Positions 28,061-40,588 of a stretch of 64,000 nt of DNA are shown one piece after another. Source of the stretch: Octopus vulgaris (taxonomy: Eukaryota). The notes under the pieces were generated by a model. The model saw nothing but the letters and a program-made list of their open reading frames with translations, ran no database searches and was not told the DNA's origin. The position numbers and the translations under genes were made by a program. Numbering within the stretch: the first letter of the stretch is position 1; every line of letters begins with the position of its first letter. The DNA lies in NCBI GenBank assembly GCA_951406725.2, contig OX597818.1, positions 114,576,001-114,640,000 of the forward strand. The letters run 5' to 3'.

Positions 28061-29575
28061 GATCAGGTATTATGGTAAAAGAAATTTGCATAAGCGCAGA
28101 AATGACCGTGTGGTAAGAACCTTGCTTCCCAACTACATGGTTTCGGATTCAGTCCCACTGCATGGCGCCTTGTGCAGGTGTCTTCTACTATAGCCTCGGG
28201 CCGGCAAAAGAATTTGATAAGCTCAGAAAATATAGAAATTTACCAATCGAAATCGAAAAGGTAGGGGCTAATCAATCACATTGATGTAGTTTTCAGCTGG
28301 TACTTACTTTATTGACCCCGAAAATATGAAAGGCAAAATCGATTTGATTTAAAGCACTGAGTACTGACCTTAGTCACTACTTCAAGCCATGACAAGCATT
28401 CCTAACACAAATCCTAATTTCAGCTAGACATCATGGTATGGGAAACTGTCCAGAATTTACAATTGCAGTCGTATAATCTGTGAAATTGTTATTTAAACTT
28501 GACACCTTAAAGTAATTGGCAAAGAAAGTGTAATTTACTTTGGCGAGAATAAAAAGCAATATGCTGGCCGGAAAGGATGTGACATGCTGTTTTGGTAGGT
28601 ATATCATAAACCTCAGGTAGACAAGCTGCTTATGAAAAGAACACCAGGAGTCTGTCTACAAAATATTAAAAGAACTTGTACATAAATAGAATATTTAATA
28701 TATTCTCATCCAGATTTTCTTCATAAATTAATTTGCAAGCATTCACGCGACTGTACACACACGACTACTCACAAAAGCACGCGCAAACATACACGCACGC
28801 AGAACTCTCTTTACTCTCACCCTTACGTTCTCTTCTAAGAAAACACACATACAGCATACATATACAAAGGCGAAGATCAGTCCTGGAACAGACTCAGAGT
28901 AAAACTTGAACAGAGAGGAGAAGTCATTGAAGAGATCGCAAATAGGACTTTGACTAACAATCAACCGATTCATTGCTTAAGCTGCACATTAAACAAACGA
29001 AACGATCGATTAGTTAGTTGGTTGAATATTTAGCTAATTGCCTGACAATAAAGAAGTGCGTGCGTTGTTATTATTGGCATGATGACCCTCCTAAAGTTTG
29101 CTGCAAATCACGAATTCACATCAAGTATCTTATAAACCAAATACAAAAACGAACCTATTATTATGTTATTCTCTGTCTGGTTAATTAATCTCCAAGTTTT
29201 TCTCTTCTGTTTGTTTGAAGTTGGTATACTTATTATATTTCCGTTTCTGTATTTAATACTGTTTTTTTTATGAATGTCCTTCTCTTCAAGGTCGACTTGG
29301 TACATTTTTACCAAACCACATTTCATACTAATTAACTTAACGAATTCGTGTACCTTATTTGAGTGCCGTCAGTTGTTTCTCATCTCATTTGTTTGTCATC
29401 TCCGCTGTTTGTCATCTCAGTATACTGCTTTAAGAAATCCATATACAGGAGATGTTTCATGTTGTTTCATAAAACTTCTAGGCACATGCTGTCTGGTTAA
29501 GCATGTTTCGAATTTCAAGCACCAAATACACAAAAAGGAAAGACAGAGCATAATTATTATTATTATTATTATTAT

Positions 29576-29835
29576 TCTATGTTTGACTTTTGCTTTATGT
29601 CTGTACAAGTTGGCTCCAAGTCTCACCCAGAGACCTCAAGAGACAACAGGTTGGAAGTTCTGTGCCATATATTTGGGGTTTTTTTTCTTTTTTTTTTTGT
29701 GTTGTACTAGTGAATGTCTAATACATAAAAAAAAAAACTAAAAAGAAACATTTTGTTTTAAACCTTGGGATTACATAGAGAGTATTTTGCGTAGGATATG
29801 AGCAGTTCCCATGAGCACTATCTTTTGAATTTTTC
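29576..29835 (-). mobile_element. Extreme 3' end of an R4/Dong-like LINE between (TAA)n tracts
   Basis: The minus strand encodes KIQKIVLMGTAHILRKILSM*, followed by a UTR and (TAA)n. Confidence 0.8.
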
Positions 29836-29836
29836 T

Positions 29837-30300
<464 letters not shown>

Positions 30301-32105
30301 TTATCAGTATTTTGAGAGTAGACAGATATATATAACCACAGCAAATATTGGATGTAGAGGTACAAAGGAAGATAAATAGGAGGTGTTAAGCAGAGGCGGT
30401 ATAGTTGCAGTGAGTGCCAAAGCGAGAGAGAAGGACAGAGTGGAAGTGAGAGAGAAAGAGAGAGACAGAGAGACAGACAGAAAGAGACAAGAGACAGAGA
30501 CAGTGATTGGTGACTGAAATGGAGGTGGCGTTCTTTCTTTATTTGTTAGAGTCTATTAATATTTTCAGAGTAGGTTGATGCATACATCGAAATAAAAGTA
30601 GATACATACGACTTCCAAGGGTCGGCTTCTTCGAGTAAATGGTGGTGCTCCAGCATGGCCACAATCAAATGACTGAAACAAGTAAAAGAATACCAGAAGA
30701 ACGTTCCGTCCCACTAAACCAAGAAGGTTCTTTGAATATGTACGCAACTGGTACTTAGTTTATTGACCCCGAAAGGATGAAAGGCAAAGTCGACCTCGGC
30801 GGATCCATCCTTATAGATTGACGTATGACAGTGTAGGATATATTTGTAATTCAAGGAGACTTTTTTCCCCGTCTACACTTATACCATTGCCTTTCCTCTT
30901 AGTGGATCTCAATGTTGGCTTAATTAGCGTTGTATGAAAGCTCCAGCTCTGCTCTGTCCTATAATGTACCCTCCTTTAGCTAAGACCAAGCAACCAGTCT
31001 ATGTGTGTGCGTATTTGCACATGTAAATCAACATCCTTCTACTCTGTCTTCAATGGACGCCGTACATTTATGGTTTTAAATGCAAGGTAAGCTTTGATAT
31101 ATTAAACAGTAAGTAGCCGGGAGTAAAGCTAACCATTAAAATTTCATGGCCTTTTAATATCAGAACAACCCTTCGGTTGTCTCTCAACTACGCGTAGATA
31201 TTTTACGATTTCCATCAATAAAGCGCAAACATTATTAAAACCAACCTTTCGATTCAGAATAAACAAGCAACCACGTTATATTTACTTCTTAAATATTACT
31301 TCAGTGATTTGGCAATTGGCGATGGCAAGGTAATAAATTAATCATACAACTGAACGCTACTTCCAAAAAATGACTTTAGTGGGAAAACGTCGTATTTATT
31401 GAAACATAAATGTCTGCCGTGAATAATGAGTACGCTAACAATGTTAGCCTCAGCCTTGTTTCCTTGTGTATCTCCTTCGTAGTTTTAGCGAGTCGATAGG
31501 CTAATGTATGCATTTTACCTCCGTCGATTAACAAACAGTAAATAATATGAAACGTGCATGGAATAGAATTATTTGGTAACAGTTCCAGAAATATAAAGCC
31601 GATATATTAATAAATAATAAGTTCTGAAAATATAGCGTCAATATATTAATAAGATAATCTCTCTTTTATTCACAAGAATGTCAAATGCGACTGGAAACTC
31701 GTCCGAATAGATCGTTGTCTGTTTGATTTCGAGATAGAAATGTTAGAAAAAGAAAGGATATAAGCGAGAGAGAGAGAGGGGGAGGGAGGGAGGGAGGAGA
31801 GAGCGTGAGAGAGAAATGGATAGAGAGGAAGAAAGAGATGGAGAAAGAAGGGTAGCGTGAGAGAGATGGAGAGAGAGTGAGAGAGGAAGAGAAATGGAGA
31901 ATGAAAGGAAGACAGTGAGATAGAGCTGGAGAGAGAGAGAGAGAGGGGGAGAGAGAGAGAGAGAGAGGGAGAGAGAGAGAGATTATTTGAAAAATGCTTC
32001 ACTGCCTTAAAATGTTGATGCATGTAAATTTGAATATATGCAGCATCGTTTTAAAATTATTTGAACTACACTTATAGAAAAGGAGTCGCTCCTTCTTCAT
32101 ATCAT

Positions 32106-32154
<49 letters not shown>

Positions 32155-32589
32155 AACATCGCTAGGATTTAAGTGAGAACAAAAACACTAAATGCCTTAC
32201 ATGTAAACCTAAAAAATATTGCATGTTTTTCTTTTCTACTTATAGATCGGATTTGTATGGTGTGCGTTAGCTCCTCCCATGCTTAGCTTAAAAAAGCACT
32301 TCTTTTGGGGATTATCACGTAAAATATTTACAAATATAGACAAGCGCCAAAATAGTTGAAAGTAGAAATGTGAATTTATAATCTGGAGAAAAGAGTTCTG
32401 AGTATCGAAAGAGCTGTTCGTAAATATCTTCTTTCTAATGGATTTTGAAGGGAATGTTGGTCTGTGCGTTTCAGCTATTGTCCCGACTTTTTTTTGGCCT
32501 GTCCTAATTGTAGCTTCTTATTGACCGCCTTTTTGTCGTCTATCTGTCTGAACGTTTTGATCCCATCTATTACCTATATATATATATAT

Positions 32590-32766
32590 AGGTGCAGGAG
32601 TGGCTGTGTGGTAGTAGCTTGCTTACCAATCACATAGTTCTGTGTTCAGTCCCACTCCATGGCACCTTGGGCAAGTGTCTTCTACTATAACCTTGGGCCG
32701 ACCAAAGCCTTGTGAGTGGATTTGAAAGAAGACCGTCGTATATGTTTATATATATATATATATATA

Positions 32767-32804
<38 letters not shown>

Positions 32805-33013
32805 AATATGTGTGTGTATATATTTGTGTATCTGTGTTTGTACCGCCAACATCGCTTGACAACCAATGGTGGTGTGTTTACGTCAGTATAACATAGCGGT
32901 TCGGCAAAATACGGTAGAATAAGTACTAGGCTTGCAAAGAATAAGTCCTGGGGTCGATATGCTAGACTAAAGGCGGTGCTCCAGCATGGCCGTAGCCAAA
33001 TCACTGAAACAAG
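32590..33013 (+). mobile_element. Family C SINE within (TA)n
   Basis: Matches 24164-24975. Confidence 0.85.
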
Positions 33014-33034
33014 TATATATGCATACATACACAC

Positions 33035-33103
<69 letters not shown>

Positions 33104-33124
33104 CGAAAAGAAATGAAATAATAA

Positions 33125-33216
33125 TTAACAATGAGAAGTGGATCATTGGTGTCTATAAATCATTGTTTAATCAAACAATGACTTTAAAACACCAATGATC
33201 CACTTCTCATTGTTAA
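33125..33216. repeat. Fold-back inverted repeat (28-bp perfect outer arms plus a 9-bp inner stem)
   Basis: TTAACAATGAGAAGTGGATCATTGGTGT at 33125-33152 and its reverse complement at 33189-33216. Confidence 0.9.
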
Positions 33217-33726
33217 ATATTGCTCCATTTTTTCTCTTCTCTCTATATATACTAAACCGCGGTTTACCTACTACTGTATACCTTATAACAAGGACCATAC
33301 ATACTGAGGTAATACACCAGGAGTGCCTACGGATACATCTATCCCTTAGATCGTTGCATAACCCCTAGCTTATATCTTACTATGTATATATACACACATA
33401 TACATAATATAAATGCACATCTATATATATGTATGTATATACATGCATGTGCATTAACATTTCCTGTAGTGTATAATGTGCATAAAACAGATTTATTTAA
33501 ACATAACCAGTTTATGGCCACACTTTCACAGTCACAGTCGCATACATACACACAGAAGTATGCAAAATTCCACACACACCTATACACACTCTCAGTCTTT
33601 CTCGCGCTAACACATATTCATATCTATATATACATACATCCACATGTCCAATATATCTATATATACATATACAATACTATGTATATGCATATACATAGTA
33701 TATACATATATATATATATATGTGTG

Positions 33727-33757
<31 letters not shown>

Positions 33758-33778
33758 ATATATATATATATATGTATG

Positions 33779-33876
<98 letters not shown>

Positions 33877-34286
33877 CAATATATCATTTATATATTTATA
33901 TATATATGTGTGTGTGTGTGTATGTATGTATGCATGATATATATATACAACAAGGTATGGATCTAATTTTCTTTTATTTACCTACATCTTAAGGCTTGCG
34001 CAGAACATGCTGTCATTTCTGCCAGAAATATTTCCATATTGTGACGCCATGTATGAAAGATAACTTATGGAATTTCTCTTATTTGAATACGTATCACGCG
34101 TGCAGATACACCTGAAACTTTCAATTGGAATCTTAACTAACCGTTGCCTCTGAACTAGGCGCTAAAAAAAATTGTATATATGTACGTGCAGATGGTGTGT
34201 ATGTATATTCTTACACACACATATATATATATATATAAATAAATAAGTATATATATATATATAGGTATATATATATACATACATAC

Positions 34287-34340
<54 letters not shown>

Positions 34341-34404
34341 TTATATATATGCATAAATAAATAAGTATATGTATATATATATGTGTGTGTGTGTATATAT
34401 ATAA

Positions 34405-34456
<52 letters not shown>

Positions 34457-34509
34457 GTGTACACACACATATAAATATGTATATATATATATATATATTT
34501 GTGTGTGCG

Positions 34510-34710
34510 TGTGTGTGTATGGATATACATAACGACATATATAAAGCATATTTACAAATATAGCTATATATAAATACGTACATATATATACATATATATA
34601 TATATATACATATATGTACACACACACATATATGTACGTATTTATATATAGCTATATTTGTAAATATGCTTTATATATATATATCGTTATGTATATCCAT
34701 ACACACACAC
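34510..34710. repeat. Inverted repeat with ~75-bp arms inside a TA/CA microsatellite
   Basis: GTATGGATATACATAACGA..AAAGCATATTTACAAATATAGC..ATACGTACATA and its reverse complement at 34628-34710. Confidence 0.85.
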
Positions 34711-34950
34711 TCACACACACACACTCACAGAGGCACACACGCACATCCTTATCAGATCACGCTTAACAAGCTTATTCTGTTATTCCCTCTGATGCTATTT
34801 ATTGACCGATTCCAAGCGACTGCATCTACGGATTGAATAAACCTTATTCTATTGAGTTTAAGGTTAGAAAGTAAAGTAGGAACTGTCGGTTAGATAGATG
34901 CCCTTCCACTTAAAATCTTTCATATCTGTTTCTACTGCTTCAATTTTTTT

Positions 34951-35093
34951 TTCTTCCGTTTCTCCTTTCACCTCAACGCCAACTCATTGGCTGAACAGAA
35001 CGCAGTTCTTTATAAGTATTTTAGTTATTGGTGTTTTCCGCTTTTGTTATTGTTCTTCCTATTAAATTCGTCCTCCTTTCTATGTTTACGTTC
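34951..35093 (+). repeat. ~143-bp block duplicated in inverted orientation at 43571-43714; promoter-like (ATTGG plus TATAAG)
   Basis: TTTCACCTCAACGCCAACTCATTGGCTGAA and GCTTTTGTTATTGTTCTTCCTATTAAATTCG are shared exactly by the two copies. Confidence 0.8.
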
Positions 35094-35117
35094 TTACATA
35101 CATACATATATACATAT

Positions 35118-35148
<31 letters not shown>

Positions 35149-36482
35149 GTCTTGTTCTTTCTCTTCTTTCCCTCACCATCTTTTTCTCCTCCTGCTCCTG
35201 CTCCAGCTCTCCCTCCTCTTCCCCCTACTCCCTATTTTGCCAACATATTCTGCGCCCTTATTGGCATTGCCTTTCTCAAATACGAAACTCACTCATCGAT
35301 ATATTCATATGCTAATATTCATGTAACCACACTTCTCTCTCTCTCTGTTCCTCTCTCTCCCACTCTCTCTCATCCTCTCTCGTTCTCTCTCTCTATCTAT
35401 ATATTACTATACTCTCTCACATTCACATTGCTTGTGCTTTTGTGCATGTGTGTTTGCATGTTTGTGTGTGTCCTTGCGCATTCGTGTATATATACATGAA
35501 AAGGTCCTGTGCACATTTTCGTATGTGCAAGCACATTGTGATTTATTAAGAGCAAGAGATAAATAAATAAATAAATAAATATGGACTATATAATGATTAT
35601 GTAATAACGATTGCGTATGACAGCTCAACAGAAAAGGATAAGAATTAAGTTGCTAGTAAGTTGGCAGCGAACTATATCGACATGTAAATACCTTTAAGAT
35701 TCCATTTCTCTCTTGTATGCGTATAGAATACGTGGAAGCAAGCTAACACATTTCTTTTGTTTATTTTACGCCTTCATCCAGCACACATCTTCACTTTTCT
35801 GTCAAATCTTATTACAATTCTAAGAATGTTTATGGCCATTGGACTGTGTACCTTGAGTATCTTTATTTTGAGTATTTTACAGCGTCTTTTCATGATGTTC
35901 TCGTTCAAATCCTGTGTATAGTATTACTGTTTGTCCTTTTTCTTCCCCGTGTTTAAAACATTCCAGAATTCGGATTTTTCAGTTTCTGTAAGAGATCAAA
36001 AATATAAAATCATAGAACTATTGTTTGTCTTTTTTGAAACCGAACAAAAAGGTTTAAAGCTATATTTAAATATTTGAGTTTAAATTCCACGATATTTTGC
36101 TCAGATTTTTTATTTTTTTTTATTTTATGATTTTTCTTCGAGATATCTATACGAACATATTTCGATCAATTGATCCAAAAACTGTACCGAAATTTGTATC
36201 CACCACTATATATGTAATATCAATGCATGAATCGCTCTTCCTATCTCCATTTCAAACCTTACATAACTTCTGCTAACACACACACACACACACAACCACG
36301 CACGCACACACACGCTCACCTATACACACATATATATGTATATTCATATACACGTCTATACATATATAGTCCTTATTTACTTAAGCACATGAATTTATAT
36401 ATATATATATACCAGAGTAAACACATAAATGTGAAACAAGGTGGAAAAAAGAGTACTCAAATACCAGTGGTAGAGTAATATG

Positions 36483-36541
36483 CTTTATTTAAAGCAGCAG
36501 AAAATTCAACATTGTTGAATTTTCTGCTGCTTTAAATAAAG
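36483..36541. repeat. Perfect palindrome with 29-bp arms and a 1-nt centre
   Basis: CTTTATTTAAAGCAGCAGAAAATTCAACA-T-TGTTGAATTTTCTGCTGCTTTAAATAAAG. Confidence 0.92.
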
Positions 36542-36547
36542 TATATA

Positions 36548-39500
36548 TATGCGTGTATGTGTCATGCATATATATATTATATATGCTGTCGGGCACCGCT
36601 ACTGATATTGGGGGTCGCTTTCTCTGCCTTGACCCGAGCATGGAAGGGGGCTCGCCTCTTTGAGCGGGTAAATGAATGGAATGCCTGGTGTGAGTCTTGT
36701 TTTGACTACACCCTCCAAAAACATTTAAATTTTTCGAAAATTTTCTCCAAAAAATTTTCTCCAAAAAATTTTCGCCAATTTTACACAAAAATTTTTCGAA
36801 AATGTACACCGAAAATTTTCCCCAAAAATTTTTCGAAAATTTTCACCAAAAGTTTTAAGAAAATTTTCACCGAAAATTTTACCCAGAAATTTTTCAAAAA
36901 TTTTCCCCAAAATTTTTTCGAAAATTTACACTAACAATTTTACCCACAAATTTTTTCGAAAATTTTCACGGAAAATTTTACCCAAAAATTTTTCGAAAAT
37001 GTACACGAAAATTGTCAACGAAAATTTTACCCAGAAAATTTTCAAAACTTTTCCCCAAAAATTTTTCGAAAATTTTCACCAAGAGTTTTAAGAAAATTTT
37101 CACCGAAAATTTTACCCAGAAATTTTTCAAAAATTTTCCCCAAAACTTTTTCGAAAATTTACACTAACAATTTTACCCACAAATTTTTCGAAAATTTTCA
37201 CGGAAAATTTTACCCAAAAATTTTTCGAAAATGTACACGAAAATTGTCAACGAAAATTTTACCCAGAAAATTTTCAAAAATTTTCACCAAAAATTTTTCG
37301 AAACTTTTCACCGAAAATCTTACCCAAAAATTTTCACCAACAAATTCTCACAAATTTTCACCAAAAATTTTTCGAAAATTTACACTAACAATTTTACCCA
37401 CAAATTTTTCTTAAATTTTCACGGAAAATTTTACCCAAAAATTTTTCGAAAATGTACACGGAAAATTATACCCAAAAATTTTTCGAAAATTTTCACCAAA
37501 AATTTAACGAAAATTTTCAACGAAAATTTTACCCAGAAATTTTTCGAAAATTTTCACCAAAAATTTTTCGAAACTTTTCACCGAAAATCTTACCCAAAAA
37601 TTTTCACCAACAATTTTTCGCAAATTTTACTCAAAAAGTTTTCGAAAATTTTCACCGAAAATTTGCCCCAAACATTTTTCGAAAATTTTCAACGGAAATT
37701 TCCCCAAAAAATTTTTCTAAAATTTTCACCAAAAAATTTTCGAAAATTTTACCCAAAAATTTTTCGAAAATTTTACCCAAAAATTTTCACCGAAAATTTT
37801 CACCCAAAGTTTTCCTAAAAATATGCGTGTATATGTTATGCATATATATTATATAGGCTATCGGGCCCCGCTGTTGATATTGAGGGCCGCTTTCTCTGCC
37901 TTGACCCGAGCATGGAAGGGGGCTCGCCTCGTTGAACTGGGAAATGAATGGAATGCCTGGTGTGAGTCTTGTTGTGGCTACCCCCTCCTAAAACATGGTG
38001 AATAGGACTGGGTATTCATCATTAAAATTTTTCGAAAATTTTCCCCCAAAATTTTCCGAAAATTTTCATCAACAATTTTTCGAAAATTTTCACTGAAAAT
38101 TTTACCCAAAAATTTTTCGAAAATTTTCATCGAGAATTTTAACCAAAAATTTTTCGAAAATATTAACCAAAAATTTTTCGAAAATTTTAACCAAAAATGT
38201 TTCGAAAGTTTTCACCGAAAATTTTCTCCAAAAATTTTTTCGAAAATGTACACCGAAAATTTTGCCTAAAAATTTTTCGAAAATTTTCACCAAAAATTTT
38301 ACGAAACTTTTTACCGAAAATTTTACCCAAAAATTTTCACCAACAATTTTTCGAAAATTTTACCCAAAAATTTTTCGAAAATTTTCATCGAGAATTTGAT
38401 CCAAAAATTTTTCGAAAATTTTAACCAAAAATTTTCGAAAATTTTCACCGAAAATTTTTTCCAAAAATTTTTCGAAAATGTACACCGAAAATTTTACCTA
38501 AAACTTTTTCAAAAATTTTCACCAAAAATTTTACAAAAATTTTTCGAAAATGTACACCGAAAATTTTACCTAAAACTTTTTCAAAAATTTTCACCAAAAA
38601 TTTTACCAAAATTTTCACCGAAAATTTTACCCAGAAATTTTTCAAAAATTTTCACCGAAAATTTTCCCCAAAAATTTTCACCAACCATCTTTCTAAAAAT
38701 TTTACCCAGAAATTTTCACCGAAAATTTTCCCCAAGAATTTTTCGAAAATTTTCGCCCAAAATTTTCCAAAAATATACGTGTGTGTGTCATGCATATATA
38801 TTATATATGCTATCGGGCCCCGCTGTGGATATTGAGGGCTGCTTTCTTTGCCTTGACCCGAGCATGGAATGGGGCTCGCCTCTTTGAGCTGGGAAATGAA
38901 TGGAATGCCTGGTGTGAGTCTTGTTGTGGCTACCCCCTCCTAAAACATGGTGAATAGGCCTGGGTATTCATCATTTAAATTTTTCGAAAATATTCACCGA
39001 AAATTTTACCCAAAAATTTTTCGAAAATTTTCACCAAAAATTTTTGGAAACGTTTCACCGAAAATTTTACCCAAAAATTTTCACCAACAATTTTTCGAAA
39101 ATTTCCCCCAAAAATTTTTTCGAAAATTTTACCCAAAAATTTTCCAAAAATATGCGTGTATGTGTTATGCATATATATTATATATGCTATCGGGCCCCGC
39201 TGCTGATATTGGAGGCCGCTTTCTCTGCCTTGACCCGAGCATGGAAGGGGGCTCGCCTCTTTGAGCTAGGAAATGAATGGAATGCCTGGTGTGAGTCTTG
39301 TTGTGGCTACCCCGTCCTAAAACATGGTGAAAATTTTACCCAGAAATTTTTCGAAAATTTTCACTCAAAATTTTTCGAAACTTTTCACCGAATATTTTAC
39401 CCAAAAATTTTCACCAACAATTTTTGGAAAATTTTACTCAAAAATTTTTGGAAAATTTTCACCGAAAATTTCCCCCAAAACTTTTTCGAAACTTTTACCC

Positions 39501-40588
39501 AAAAATTTTCACCAACAATTTTTCTAAAAATTTTACCCAGAAATTTTCACCGAAAATTTTCACCAACAATTTTTCTAAGAATTTTACCGAAAATTTTCCC
39601 CGGGAATTTTTCGAAAATTTTCACTCAAAATTTTCCCCAGAAATTTTTCGAAAATTTTCACCGAAAATTTTACCTAAAAATTTTTCGAAAATTTTCACCG
39701 AAAATTTTACCCAGAAATTTTTCAAAAATTTTCACCAAAAATTTTTCGAAACTTTTCACCGAATATTTTACCCAAAAATTTTCACCAACAATTTTTCGAA
39801 AATTTCCCACAAAAAGTTTCCGAAAATTTTACCAAAAAATGTTCACGAACAATTTTTCTAAAAATTTTCCCCAGAAATTTTCTCCAAGAATTTTTCGAAA
39901 ATTTCACCCCAAATTTTCCTATAAATATGCGTGTATGTGTCATGCATATATATTATATATGCTAACGGGTCCCCCTGCTGATATTGGGAGCCGCTTTCTC
40001 TGCCTTGACCCGAGCATGGAAGGGTGCTCGCCTCTTTGAGCTGGGAAATGAATGGAATGCCTGGTGTGAGTCTTGTTGTGGCTACCCCCTCCTAAAACAT
40101 GGTGAATAGGCCTGGGTATTCATCATTTAAATTTTTCGAAAATTTTCCCCAAAAATTTTTCGAAAATTTTCACTGAAAATTTTCACCCAAAATTTTCACC
40201 AAAACTTTTTCGAAAATTTTCACCGAAAACTTTACCCAAAAATTTTTCGTATATTTTCGCCGAAAATTTTACCCAGAAATTTTTCGAAAATTTTCACCAA
40301 AAATTTTTCGAGCATTTTCACCGAAAATTTCTGGAAAATTTTCACCGAAAATTTTAACCCAAAAATTTTTCGAGAATTTTCAACAAAAATGTTTTGAAAA
40401 TTTTTGAAAAATGTTTGAAAATTTTCGAAAAATTTTTGTGTAAAAATTTTGGTGAAAAGTTTCGAAAATTTTTTGTGGAAAATTTTCGAAAAATTTTCGG
40501 AGGAAATTTTCGGTGAAAATTTTCGAAAAATTTTTGGGTAATTTTTTCGGCAAAAATTTTCGAAAAATTTTTGGTGAAAATTTTTTAT
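36548..40588. repeat. Composite satellite-like array: five conserved ~180-200-bp units separated by variable-length AAAATTTT-based spacers, with an inverted terminal block
   Basis: Units lie at ~36548-36724, 37822-38023, 38774-38975, 39151-39330 and 39926-40128. Spacers are made of GAAAATTTTC/ACC/ACCC subrepeats, and ~40386-40588 is in the opposite orientation. Confidence 0.92.

Noticed and set aside
37231-40039. Long ORFs (up to 331 aa) across the array
   Set aside because: They are K/F/N/I-rich translations of AAAATTTT repeats that lack stops by composition, and frame is not preserved between units.
39926-40128. C/D snoRNA reading of the array unit (ATGATGA at the minus-strand start)
   Set aside because: I saw no terminal CTGA D box or closing stem, and the motif is missing from units 1 and 4.
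36548-40588. CRISPR-like repeat-spacer array
   Set aside because: Units are ~190 bp, spacers are low-complexity and related to each other, there are no cas genes, and the context is eukaryotic.
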